Assembly (NCBI GenBank): GCA_027317185.1
Contig: DAHVFB010000004.1
Span: 10,401-74,400 of the forward strand
DNA: 64,000 nt
Source: Deltaproteobacteria bacterium
Lineage (GTDB): Bacteria; Desulfobacterota; Binatia; Binatales; Binataceae
Reading direction: 5' to 3'
Positions 9,942 through 19,129 of the stretch are shown piece after piece. Each line of letters begins with the position of its first letter. Position 1 is the stretch's first letter. The position numbers and the translations under genes are program-made. The notes under the pieces were generated by a model. The model ran no database searches. It was not told the origin of the DNA and saw only the letters and a list, made by a program, of their open reading frames with translations.

Positions 9942-10853
9942 ATGCGCGGACTAGCGAACCTGAACCCGATAGCGATCGGTAGTTGCGCGATCGCCTTGGC
10001 GCTGGCGGCGCTGGGGGCTGCCGGATGCGGTCCCACTTCGGCCGATGTCGAGCAGGTGAGCAGTAACCAGTTCGCATTGCGCGGGATGGTTGCCAGTGAT
10101 CGGCAGGAGATTGACGCGCTCAAGGACAAGGTCAGCCAGCTTCAGGATCAAATCGACGAGATGCGTCATAATGGCGCGGGAGGAGCGGTGCAGGGTAGCC
10201 GGGCGCTTCAGGCCCGCGTCACCAAGCTCGAAAACGCGGTCAAAGTTATGCAAGCAGGTACCGCTCCAGCGCCTGCCGCGGCGTTAGGTGGGGCTGCGGC
10301 CGGGACCGCAGGAGCGGATGCGAATGCGCCGACCAGTTCCATGCCCCCGCCCGAGTTCGGCGGACCGCCGGCGGTTGGAACCGGTGGCGAAGGCTCCGCT
10401 GCGCCGGCTGCCGCGAATCCGAATTGGCGCGCCTCGATCGACAGCGAGATCGTGGCGGCGCGTAACAGCTCCGATCCCGGCGCCGCGCTGTATCTCAAAG
10501 GTTTGCAGGAGCTTAAGGGCGGCCAGTATCAGGATGCCACCGCGCACTTTGGAAGCCTTATACGCCGCTTCCCGAAGTCGCCGCTGTCCGGTCCGGCCGA
10601 ATACTATTCGGCCAATGCCTTGTACGAGTCGGGCAAGTACGACCAGGCGGTGCTGCAATTTAACGACCTTGGGATGCGCTTTCCCAATGGCCGTTATACC
10701 TGCGCCGCGCTGCTGCGCGAGGGCCAGGCTTTCATGAAAATAAACGACCGCATCGACGCGCGATTGACGTTGCAGAAGCTGATTAACGACCATGCCGATT
10801 GTCCCGAATCGTCAGTCGCCAGCTCGATGATCAGGAACCTGGCGAGCGATTAG
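9942..10853 (+). CDS. cpoB: Tol-Pal system protein CpoB/YbgF (coiled coil plus TPR)
   Basis: lipoprotein-type signal (LGAAGCGP), coiled-coil segment, C-terminal TPR repeats; last gene of the tol-pal cluster. Confidence 0.85.
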   Translation: MRGLANLNPIAIGSCAIALALAALGAAGCGPTSADVEQVSSNQFALRGMVASDRQEIDALKDKVSQLQDQIDEMRHNGAGGAVQGSRALQARVTKLENAVKVMQAGTAPAPAAALGGAAAGTAGADANAPTSSMPPPEFGGPPAVGTGGEGSAAPAAANPNWRASIDSEIVAARNSSDPGAALYLKGLQELKGGQYQDATAHFGSLIRRFPKSPLSGPAEYYSANALYESGKYDQAVLQFNDLGMRFPNGRYTCAALLREGQAFMKINDRIDARLTLQKLINDHADCPESSVASSMIRNLASD

Positions 10854-10902
10854 TCTTGCTCACGGCCGCCGCATTCGTTAGTGCGGTGGCCGTGTCTTTT
10901 TT

Positions 10903-11841
10903 ATGGAAATAATTAGCGATCTCGAGGGACTTGCGCAGCGGCCATATCCGGTGGTGGCGCTAGGCAATTTCGACGGCGTTCATCTTGGACACCGCTCGAT
11001 TCTGAAGCAGGCCATCGATCGCGCCCGTGACTGCGGTGGTACCGCTTACGCGCTGACCTTCGATCCGTTGCCGGCCAAGCTGCTTTCTCCGCAACGCTCG
11101 CCATCCTTGCTGGTGACCCCGGCTGATAAGCTCGAGCTGCTGCGGACTGCGGGGGTCGATGGCGTGATCGTCATCGAGTTCACTTTGGAACTGAGCCGGG
11201 TCGGCGCGCGTGATTTTGTCCAACGCTACATTCTGGGCAAAATTGGCGCGCGTGCGGTAATCGTTGGTCATAGCGTGAGCTTCGGCCATCAGCGTGCGGG
11301 GAATGCCGCCGCGATGATCCAGTTCGGTCGCGAATTGGGCTTTCATACGATGGTGGCGGAGCCCGTAAAGGTCGATGGGGTCGAGGTGAGCTCGACCAAA
11401 ATCCGCCAACTGATTGGATCCGGTGATATCAAAGCAGCGGGACGTCTGCTTGGCCGCAATCACTTCCTGAGCGGGATAGTGGTCCGGGGCCGCGAGCGCG
11501 GCCGCCAAATGGGCTTCCCGACCGCAAATCTCCGCAGCGAGACCGAATGCATCCCGCCCGATGGCGTTTACGCCATCCGCGTAATCCTTGCCGATGGGGA
11601 ATACCCCGCGGTCACCAATATCGGGGTGCGCCCCACCTTTAACGAACCCGAGCGCACCATCGAGGCCCACATCTTCGACTTTGCGCGCGACCTGTATGGC
11701 CAGCGAATTAGGCTCGAGTTTGTCGAACGCATTCGCAGCGAACGCAAGTTCGAGTCATCGCAGGCGCTAGCCAGCCAGATCGCAGCCGATCTGAATCGCG
11801 CCCGCGAGATCCTCTCGATTGCCAACTCTGCGCGTGACTAG
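10903..11841 (+). CDS. ribF: bifunctional riboflavin kinase / FMN adenylyltransferase
   Basis: 312 aa; NFDGVHLGH nucleotidyltransferase motif plus C-terminal riboflavin kinase domain. Confidence 0.93.
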   Translation: MEIISDLEGLAQRPYPVVALGNFDGVHLGHRSILKQAIDRARDCGGTAYALTFDPLPAKLLSPQRSPSLLVTPADKLELLRTAGVDGVIVIEFTLELSRVGARDFVQRYILGKIGARAVIVGHSVSFGHQRAGNAAAMIQFGRELGFHTMVAEPVKVDGVEVSSTKIRQLIGSGDIKAAGRLLGRNHFLSGIVVRGRERGRQMGFPTANLRSETECIPPDGVYAIRVILADGEYPAVTNIGVRPTFNEPERTIEAHIFDFARDLYGQRIRLEFVERIRSERKFESSQALASQIAADLNRAREILSIANSARD

Positions 11842-12674
11842 GAGGGATTGCGGCGCTCGCGAGTCGGCTTTACGAACTTGAGCATAAAACGGTCCTGCTG
11901 GCCGCGATGCTTCATGATGAACCAGGTGCGATCGTCGCTCGGATTGCGCAACACGCTGGAGCTGCCCTTGAGCCGGAATCCGGCCGCGGTCACCTGCTTG
12001 ATCACGGAGCGCTCGTCGATTCGATGCAGGGTGCCGACATCGCGGATGCCCGATCCCGGCTGCGCGCTGTTGTCGATGATCCCGTAAACCCCGCCAGGCT
12101 TTAGCATCCGGTACAGGTAACGGTTCATCTCGCTCACATTGATCTTATTGTTTACAAAATCATGGTAATCCATGTTGATTACCACCGCGTCAAGCGAGGC
12201 GGGCGGCACCGGGAACAGCGCGGGATCATCGGCGCGTTTTTCAATCGCAACCACATTTTTCAGCGCGGGCTGCGCAAGCCGTTGATGCCACAGGTCCATT
12301 AGCTTTTTTAATTTGGGCGGCAGATAATTTTGCGAGTAAACCTTTCCATCGGGGCCGACCACCAGCGCCAGCAGCTCGGTGGTATAGCCGGCTCCGGCCG
12401 CGAGATCCGCCACGGTCGTGCCCGGCTTGATGCCAAAAAAAGTCAACATCTGGGCGGGTTTGCGGCTCGTATCCAAAGCCCGGTCAGCCGCTGGACGTTC
12501 CGGCGAGTTAACCGCCGCGGTGATATATGGCGGTATGCCGGATTCCGGAATCGGACCGATTTCGCTCGCGGACGCCGCGGCGATTGGCCGCGCGTTGGCC
12601 GAAAAAATCGGCCCTGCGAACAGAGCCACGCCGATAAGAATGATCGCCCAGGCTGACGGTCGCTGCTTTTTCAT
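11838..12674 (-). CDS. class I SAM-dependent methyltransferase with N-terminal signal peptide
   Basis: cleavable signal (MKKQRPSAWAIILIGVALFAG...ANA); SAM-binding motif I DLAAGAGYTTELLA. Confidence 0.7.
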   Translation of the reverse strand: MKKQRPSAWAIILIGVALFAGPIFSANARPIAAASASEIGPIPESGIPPYITAAVNSPERPAADRALDTSRKPAQMLTFFGIKPGTTVADLAAGAGYTTELLALVVGPDGKVYSQNYLPPKLKKLMDLWHQRLAQPALKNVVAIEKRADDPALFPVPPASLDAVVINMDYHDFVNNKINVSEMNRYLYRMLKPGGVYGIIDNSAQPGSGIRDVGTLHRIDERSVIKQVTAAGFRLKGSSSVLRNPSDDRTWFIMKHRGQQDRFMLKFVKPTRERRNPS

Positions 12675-12760
12675 CTCGTTCCTCTATTTATGCCATCCGC
12701 AGGTGGCCGGTATCTGCGCACAGTAATTTCGTAGCAGGTCGGATATACCTGCGGTAGAGT

Positions 12761-13579
12761 TTGGGTGTCATCCCGCAGGAGTGTTGCACTGTGGCAGGGG
12801 ATTTTAAAATCATGCCGGGCGCTGGTGGTTCGTTGATGCGGCCGTTAATTCGCCAGCGTGCAAAACTCGACGCATTGTTCCGCAAACAGTTTCGCGCCAA
12901 CTCGCTGGCGACCTGGTTCCTGCGCGCGCTCCATGCGCAGCATTACGCGGGCCGCCCCCAGCGCCAGTATTACGAATTCGGCGTCGGACGGGGCCGCACG
13001 CTGATGCGCTATCTGAAGGCGCTTAAACTCCACTGCGAGTTGGAGAATCTCGATCCGTACGATCATTCGATTTTTCTATTCGATAGCTTCGAGGGGCTGC
13101 CGCCCAAAGCCTCACCGCGCGATGACCATCCGGGATGGCGCGCCGGGATGCTGCGTCATTCGCTGGAGGAGACGCAGGCGAAACTCGCCAGGCATATCGA
13201 TTTGAATCGCGGGAATGTCAGATTCGTCAAGGGCTTTTTTCGAGCCAGCCTGACGCCGGCGCTCGCGAGCGAACTGACCTCGCGGCCGCCCTCGATCGTT
13301 ACGATCGACGTGGATTATTACAGCAGCACCAAAACCGTGCTCGATTGGCTGCTGCCCTTCACGCCTTCCGGATGCCTGTTCTACTTCGACGATCTATGGA
13401 GTTTCCACGGCCATCCGGAGATGGGTGAACTGGCCGCGATCAATGAGGTCAACCGCAGCGGAATCGGCCATTTCACCCCGTACACGGAACTGGGCTGCAC
13501 GGCGGGTGGCAAGGTGTTCGTGTTTGCGCGCCGCGAATATGAATATTCCGAGGTAACTAAATCCCGAGGTAATCTGTGA
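12761..13579 (+). CDS. class I SAM-dependent O-methyltransferase, TylF/MycF-like
   Basis: EFGVGRGRT glycine-rich loop and IDVDYYSST metal-binding-type motif reminiscent of the macrocin-O-methyltransferase family; precise start uncertain. Confidence 0.6.
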   Translation: MGVIPQECCTVAGDFKIMPGAGGSLMRPLIRQRAKLDALFRKQFRANSLATWFLRALHAQHYAGRPQRQYYEFGVGRGRTLMRYLKALKLHCELENLDPYDHSIFLFDSFEGLPPKASPRDDHPGWRAGMLRHSLEETQAKLARHIDLNRGNVRFVKGFFRASLTPALASELTSRPPSIVTIDVDYYSSTKTVLDWLLPFTPSGCLFYFDDLWSFHGHPEMGELAAINEVNRSGIGHFTPYTELGCTAGGKVFVFARREYEYSEVTKSRGNL

Positions 13580-13586
13580 CCTGCAA

Positions 13587-14012
13587 TCAGTTCGGCGTGC
13601 GGCTGTTATCCGCTTGTTCGCTGTCGGCCACAGTTTGCAGTACTTGCTCCAGCGCATTGAAGTCGGTTGGTTTCACCAGATGATGATCAAAGCCAGCCTT
13701 CACTGACTCGCGCTTGTCGTCTTCGCGTCCGTACCCGGTAAGCGCCACCAGTACGGTAGTATTGAGCGCCGGTTCCTGGCGTATCAGCCGCGCCACTTCG
13801 AATCCGTTCATCATGGGCAAACCGAGATCGATTAGCGCGACATTGGGGATGAACTCCCGTGCGATTGTCAGCGCCTGTTTGCCGTCATAAGCAAGGCGAA
13901 CCTGATGGCCCGAGAGTTGAAGCAGGATCGCCAGACTTTCAGCGCCATCGCGATCATCGTCCACCACCAGAATCTTAAGTTCGCGCGGTTGACCCGCGGG
14001 TTCAATACTCAT
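13587..14012 (-). CDS. single-domain response regulator (CheY-like receiver)
   Basis: 141 aa; VDDD acidic pocket, phospho-acceptor Asp in ALIDLGLP, conserved T and K (HHLVKP); no output domain and no kinase nearby. Confidence 0.85.
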   Translation of the reverse strand: MSIEPAGQPRELKILVVDDDRDGAESLAILLQLSGHQVRLAYDGKQALTIAREFIPNVALIDLGLPMMNGFEVARLIRQEPALNTTVLVALTGYGREDDKRESVKAGFDHHLVKPTDFNALEQVLQTVADSEQADNSRTPN

Positions 14013-14691
14013 TCACCAACCTCCTTCCTCCTTCGCCGGCGGCAGTCATGCGCCGGACTCCGGAATCACGACTGCAATCGCCGGAGCGGTGCCGTGGCAC
14101 CAACCAGGAAGCGATCTCCGCGAACAGGCCGATGGCCGGCCGCTTTTACGCATTACGGGGCGCCTACTTGATGCTTATTCTGGGATCGTTGGACTGGATG
14201 CACTGCCCGAGCGGCAATGCTTTGGTCAAAAACTCCTTCTCCTTCAGATCTTTGTGAGCGATCATGAACTGCTCGCGCGCGTGAGATGGCATACTCCAGG
14301 CATGTAATGCGCTCGAGCACTGCATTTGCGTCGGAAACGAGTTGATCGGATACCAGCCACTCAAAGGTGCGCTCTTATCCGGAACCATCGCAGGATACTT
14401 CCGCCCATGACGAACTCTTGCCGAGGCCAGATGGCCTGGCGGAATCATGAGGTACCATCCTGTTAACGCCAGCGCTGCCGCATGCCGCATTCTCATTCAC
14501 AACAGGATGACAGAACCGATCAATGGGCGCGCCTGATCGGCAGGAAAAACATTATAACTTTAAGGGGGTGCTAGCGGAGCTTAATATCGAATAGATGGCG
14601 CAATCGACATAGAGGTTATTCATGGACGAAATTGCGCGTGACGGAATCTTAGCCCGAATGTGCACAGGTTTAATGCGGCTAAGTTTGAATT

Positions 14692-15666
14692 TCAGGCCTG
14701 TGGTTGCGCCACCGTGTCGGCCATCATTGCGCCGCGTCGACCCATCGGCTTTTCAGGTCCGTGGGTTGTATCCCGCGCTGTCTGCCGCTCCATTTCCGCA
14801 TTAAGCGAACCGCCGAGCAGCACCACATAGGCGGAAAGGTAAAACCAGGTGAGCAGCACGACGACGGCGCCGAGCGATCCGAAGGTTTTGTCGTAACTGC
14901 CGAATTTGGAAACGTAAAAAGAAAATGCGATTGAGCCGGCCACCCACAGTGCGGTGGCGAACACGCTACCCCAGGTAACCCATCGCCACTTTGCTTCCCG
15001 TCGTGAAGGCGCGAAACGGTAAATCGCCGACAGCGAGACCACCACTATCGCGATCAGCAATGGCCAGCGCATCAGCGATGCGACAATCTTCAATTCGGCA
15101 CTGAAAGGCAGAAAAGCCAACGCGGCCGGCACTGCCGCGATTAAAACCAAGGCTAAAACGGCGAACAGGATGGCGGCAATGGTCATCCCCATCGCGACGG
15201 CCTGAAACCGCAGAAAATTTCGCTTTTCCGATTCCTCGTACGTTATGTTCAGGGCCTCGATCAAGCTTACCGCGGCATTGCGAGCGCTCCATAGCGCGAT
15301 CAGTAAACCCAAGATCAGGCTGAACCCCAGTTTCGAGTTACTGGAATGGACGAGGGATTCCAGATACTTGGAAATAATGTTTTGCGCTTCGCCGGGAACG
15401 ATTCCGTGGATTGCATTGATTTCATGCTGGACGGTCGCCGGGTCGGCCAGAAAGCCATAAAGCGCCACCAATACCACCAAGGCTGGGAAAATTGAGAGCA
15501 TCCCGTAAAATGCGACGCCCGCCGCGATGACCGAAAGATTTTTCTGGTTCATCGAGGCGTAAACGCGTTTTATGATGTTAATCCATCCATGTTTGGGAAT
15601 CTCACTGGGCGTCTCGGCATGCTGCCCCTGCCCATTGTGCGCGGCGACATCGTCATCGTTCTTCAT
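14692..15666 (-). CDS. YihY/BrkB family inner-membrane protein
   Basis: 324 aa, six TM helices, conserved AAGVAFY motif of the YihY/virulence-factor BrkB family. Confidence 0.8.
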   Translation of the reverse strand: MKNDDDVAAHNGQGQHAETPSEIPKHGWINIIKRVYASMNQKNLSVIAAGVAFYGMLSIFPALVVLVALYGFLADPATVQHEINAIHGIVPGEAQNIISKYLESLVHSSNSKLGFSLILGLLIALWSARNAAVSLIEALNITYEESEKRNFLRFQAVAMGMTIAAILFAVLALVLIAAVPAALAFLPFSAELKIVASLMRWPLLIAIVVVSLSAIYRFAPSRREAKWRWVTWGSVFATALWVAGSIAFSFYVSKFGSYDKTFGSLGAVVVLLTWFYLSAYVVLLGGSLNAEMERQTARDTTHGPEKPMGRRGAMMADTVAQPQA

Positions 15667-15837
15667 AGTTTTAAGAAATAAGATGAGATTGAACTTTTAT
15701 CTTCTACAGATGAGCGCACCAATCGTGCCAATTCTGGCGCCTAAGGAGAGTGCCGCTACTTTCAAAGCAGCCCGGCGGCGGTCTAGATTAACGAGAGCTT
15801 CGCTATTTCCCGAAATCGTTTAACAGGAGACTTTCCT

Positions 15838-16971
15838 ATGGCGAGTGCCGCAGCAGCCCATAATCCGCCGTTTCGCGCCGAGCAGGTGGGAAGCCTTCTG
15901 CGGCCGCCCGAACTGATGAAGGGCCGCGAGGAGCTGAAGGCGGGCAGACTTACCCCCGCGCAACTCCACGAAATTGAAGACCACGCGATCCGCGAGGTCG
16001 TCGCCTTTCAGGAACGCGTTGGCCTGCAGTCGGTCACCGATGGCGAGTACCGGCGCGAAACCTTTTTCAGCGCCTTTTATATGCAGGGGCTCGGCGGCTT
16101 GCAGTACGATTTCGAAACCCCCGGCGATTGGTTCTTCACCGATCGCAAGGGACACAAAATTCCGATGGTCAACATCAAGGTGACCGGCCGCAGTCAGTGG
16201 AAGCAGCCGGTGCATGTCGATGATTTCAAGTTCCTGAGCGCGCTGACCAAGCGGATGGTCAAGATCACCCTGCCGTCGCCGACGCATATCCATTGCCGCG
16301 CCGGGCGGGCCAATATTAGCAGCGCGGTATATCCCGACCTGGATCTGTTTTGGGACGACGTGGTCGATGCGTTTCGCAAAGAGCTGAAGGCGCTCGGCGA
16401 TGCGGGCTGCCGTTACGTCCAAATCGACGAGACCACGCTGCCCTGCCTGCCCGATCCGCACGCCCGCGAGCTGATGGCCAAGCGCCGCGAGGATTGGCGC
16501 AAGTTGATGCTCGAAATCTACCCCGCGATCATGAATCGATGCTTCGAGGGCCGGCCGGCCGGGATGCACCTCGCGATGCATCTGTGCCGTGGCAACAATC
16601 AGGGGCACTGGTCCTCGGAGGGCGGCTACGATCTGTTTGCCGACACGCTGTTCAACCAAATCAACGTCGATTCGTATTTCCTCGAATATGACACGCCGCG
16701 CGCCGGCACTTTTGAGCCGTTGCGCTTCGTTCCGAAAAACAAGACGGTGGTGCTCGGGCTGATCTCGACCAAGTTTCCTGAACTGGAATCCAAAGACGAA
16801 ATTAAGCGGCGTATCGATGAAGCGGCGAAATTCTGCGATCTCGATCAGCTCGCGCTGAGCCCGCAATGCGGCTTCGCCAGCGCCTATGCCGGCAACCCAA
16901 TCCCAACCGGCATCCAGGAAGCAAAGCTCAAGCTGGTGGTCGATACCGCGCGCGAGGTCTGGGGCGCATGA
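15838..16971 (+). CDS. metE: cobalamin-independent methionine synthase, short core type (MetE C-terminal-domain homolog)
   Basis: 377 aa; aligns to the MetE catalytic barrel with Zn ligands (H...C...E...C, MHLCRGN / SPQCGF). Confidence 0.8.
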   Translation: MASAAAAHNPPFRAEQVGSLLRPPELMKGREELKAGRLTPAQLHEIEDHAIREVVAFQERVGLQSVTDGEYRRETFFSAFYMQGLGGLQYDFETPGDWFFTDRKGHKIPMVNIKVTGRSQWKQPVHVDDFKFLSALTKRMVKITLPSPTHIHCRAGRANISSAVYPDLDLFWDDVVDAFRKELKALGDAGCRYVQIDETTLPCLPDPHARELMAKRREDWRKLMLEIYPAIMNRCFEGRPAGMHLAMHLCRGNNQGHWSSEGGYDLFADTLFNQINVDSYFLEYDTPRAGTFEPLRFVPKNKTVVLGLISTKFPELESKDEIKRRIDEAAKFCDLDQLALSPQCGFASAYAGNPIPTGIQEAKLKLVVDTAREVWGA

Positions 16972-16981
16972 ATTGCCGCTC

Positions 16982-18013
16982 GTGAATCTCGCGGACCATC
17001 CGCTGATGAAGGCCTGCCGCCGCGAGGCCGCGCCTTATACCCCCGTATGGCTGATGCGCCAGGCGGGCCGCTATATGCCGGAATATCGCGAAGTGCGGGA
17101 GAAATTCGGATTCCTCGCATTATGCACCCGGCCGGAAGTGGCGGCCGAGGTGACCGTCACCGCGGTGCGGCGGCTGGGCGTCGATGCGGCGATCATCTTT
17201 GCCGACATTCTGCTGCCGCTAATTCCGATGAAGCTCGGTCTGAGCTATGAAGCGGGCGGCGGTCCGCGAATTGAGCGGCGGGTGGCGAGCGCCGAAGACG
17301 TCAGCGCGCTGCGCGAAATCGAGCCGGCCGAATCGCTGTCGTTCGTGGCCGATGCGATCCGGATTGTGCGGCGCGAGCTGCCCGATCGTCCACTGATTGG
17401 CTTCGCCGGCGCACCCTTCACGCTCGCCTCGTACATGATCGAAGGCGGCTCCTCGCGCGACTACCGGCTGACTAAAACCTTCATGTATCGCGAACCGATG
17501 GCGTGGGATCGCCTGATGGGGATGCTGGCGAAAATTACCGGCAAATACCTTCAGATGCAGGCCGCGGCGGGCGCCGATTTGATCCAACTGTTCGATAGCT
17601 GGGTGGGCGCGCTTTCGCCGGCGGATTATCGCCGCTTCGTGATGCCATATTCGCGCGCCGCGCTCGCTCCGCTGGCGGGACGAATCCCCACAATCCACTT
17701 CGGTACCGGCACGGCGGGGCTGCTCGAAGCGATGCGCGAGGCGGGCGGCGATGTGATCGGAGTGGACTGGCGCGTCAACCTGCGCGAGGCCTGGTCGCGG
17801 TTGGGGAACGGCGTCGCGATTCAGGGCAATCTCGATCCGATGGTGCTGCTCGCCGAGACGGCGGAAATTCGTCGTCAGGTGAAGATCGTTCTCGAGCAGG
17901 CGGACGGCCGACCGGGACATATCTTCAATCTCGGCCACGGCATCCTTCCGCAAACGCCGGTCGACCATGCGATCGCGCTGGTGGACATGGTCCACGAACT
18001 GACCTCCCGCTAA
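16982..18013 (+). CDS. hemE: uroporphyrinogen decarboxylase
   Basis: PVWLMRQAGRYMPEY signature; start taken at GTG 16982 (or TTG 16973) because the ORF-track start at 16886 would overlap metE. Confidence 0.9.
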   Translation: MNLADHPLMKACRREAAPYTPVWLMRQAGRYMPEYREVREKFGFLALCTRPEVAAEVTVTAVRRLGVDAAIIFADILLPLIPMKLGLSYEAGGGPRIERRVASAEDVSALREIEPAESLSFVADAIRIVRRELPDRPLIGFAGAPFTLASYMIEGGSSRDYRLTKTFMYREPMAWDRLMGMLAKITGKYLQMQAAAGADLIQLFDSWVGALSPADYRRFVMPYSRAALAPLAGRIPTIHFGTGTAGLLEAMREAGGDVIGVDWRVNLREAWSRLGNGVAIQGNLDPMVLLAETAEIRRQVKIVLEQADGRPGHIFNLGHGILPQTPVDHAIALVDMVHELTSR

Positions 18014-18046
18014 GCAGCCCGACACTCGGCGCACTGCCACCGCCGC

Positions 18047-18074
18047 CATTCTGAGCGCCGCGAAGAATTCCGGG
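18047..18074 (+). repeat. left terminal inverted repeat of a cassette (CATTCTGAGCGCCGCGAAGAATTCCGGG)
   Basis: 25/27 identity with the reverse complement of 19081-19109; related to the arms of the MITE-like element at 48956-49047. Confidence 0.7.
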
Positions 18075-18213
18075 TTTCCCATACCGGAGAGAACTAAAAT
18101 TAACCGACCTTGATATCTATGGATTATTCTGTCTTGATCGGAACTTAATATTACTTAATTGATTTCCTGTTGTGTCAAGATTGTTTTCTGTTTTCGTGTG
18201 CGGAGGAAAAACT

Positions 18214-18759
18214 TTGAGCCTGTCAAAAATCCAATCTCTGTATGCGCCTTTGTTGGCGATCATGTTTAGTGTATGGGCATCGCAGGCTTGGGCTGGACCG
18301 GTCAGCGTTACGTTCAACGGCGACCTGCTCAACACGCTTGGCGGTGCTTGCAGCACCTCCGCCTATAACAGCCAGTGTCTCGTCGGGCCGTGTATCTGTC
18401 AGGAATTTGAAAATAAAAAAACCACCGGCAATTTGATTGGAAAAAACACCACCGAGGGCGACGGTGAAATCGACTTCACGATTGACAAAGGCCTCAAGGT
18501 TGGATCAAGCGCAGGGGATTGCTCGCCATTTCTGGCCAGTGCGTTTATTTCCGGCAGCAAGGATATAGAGCAGATAGACTTCAATGGCACGATCTGTTCG
18601 CCGCCGAATCCCGCTGCCGCGACCGCAAAACAGCCGATCGCTGGTGGCTGGGGAATGGAATCTTCATCGCACGGACATTCGGCCTTCGGTACCGTCTCGG
18701 GCGCAGCCGGCTTTAACGTCGTCAAGATAATTCTGCGATTCAAGGGCATCGGCGCTTGA
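18214..18759 (+). CDS. secreted cysteine-rich hypothetical protein (cassette cargo)
   Basis: GGAGGA Shine-Dalgarno 6 nt before TTG 18214 (ATG 18172 also possible); Sec signal ...FSVWASQAWA/GP; Gly/Ser/Thr-rich with about 8 Cys; AT-rich codons; paralog of the 44241-44894 gene. Confidence 0.6.
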   Translation: MSLSKIQSLYAPLLAIMFSVWASQAWAGPVSVTFNGDLLNTLGGACSTSAYNSQCLVGPCICQEFENKKTTGNLIGKNTTEGDGEIDFTIDKGLKVGSSAGDCSPFLASAFISGSKDIEQIDFNGTICSPPNPAAATAKQPIAGGWGMESSSHGHSAFGTVSGAAGFNVVKIILRFKGIGA

Positions 18760-18775
18760 GCTAAAGCGATCGCCC

Positions 18776-18852
18776 ACCCGGTCATATTTTCAATCTCGGC
18801 CACAGTATCCTGCCGCAAACGCGGTTGACCATGCGATCGCGCTGGTCGATAG
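18776..18852 (+). pseudogene. decayed duplicate of the hemE 3' end
   Basis: about 85% nucleotide identity to 17916-17993, which encodes GHIFNLGHGILPQTPVDHAIALVDM; a 1-bp indel breaks the frame. Confidence 0.75.
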
Positions 18853-18929
18853 CGCGAAGGCCAATTTTGCCGGCCTGTTCAGGTGTTACTTTTGCCAGTC
18901 CATGCCTGTGAAGAGGCACTCCTGAGAAG

Positions 18930-18951
18930 CCTCTCCCCGCGCCGGGAGAGG
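18930..18951. terminator. GC-rich hairpin, 8-bp perfect stem CCTCTCCC/GGGAGAGG with a 6-nt loop
   Basis: read directly from the sequence; no U-tract follows, so function is uncertain. Confidence 0.3.
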
Positions 18952-19080
18952 TGCCCAAGCATCCTTTGCGAGGGCGGTGAGGGACCATCAGCGGCGCGCC
19001 TCGCTTCGCGCGCGCCGTGTCGGGGTCTCGCATCCCGACCGGGACCGATTAGCAACACATCAGGTTATTTTCTAAAACAT

Positions 19081-19109
19081 CCGGGATTCTTCGCTGCGCT
19101 CAGAATGAC
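19081..19109 (-). repeat. right terminal inverted repeat of the cassette (reverse complement GTCATTCTGAGCGCAGCGAAGAATCCCGG)
   Basis: pairs with 18047-18074. Confidence 0.7.
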
Positions 19110-19129
19110 AGCACTACTTCTCAGCCCCG

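Larger units (their letters stand above)
18047..19109. mobile_element. TIR-bounded passenger cassette of about 1.06 kb, MITE-derived, no transposase
   Basis: 28-bp imperfect terminal inverted repeats; interior is AT-rich, holds one cargo gene and a decayed hemE 3' fragment; termini match a cargo-less ~92-bp inverted-repeat element elsewhere in the window. Confidence 0.6.

Noticed and set aside
14164-14496. A 110-aa minus-strand ORF upstream of the orphan response regulator. I considered a sensor kinase fragment or an Hpt domain.
   Set aside because: It has no recognisable motif, sits in a mid-GC intergenic stretch and lacks a convincing RBS. It is most likely a non-coding promoter or leader region.
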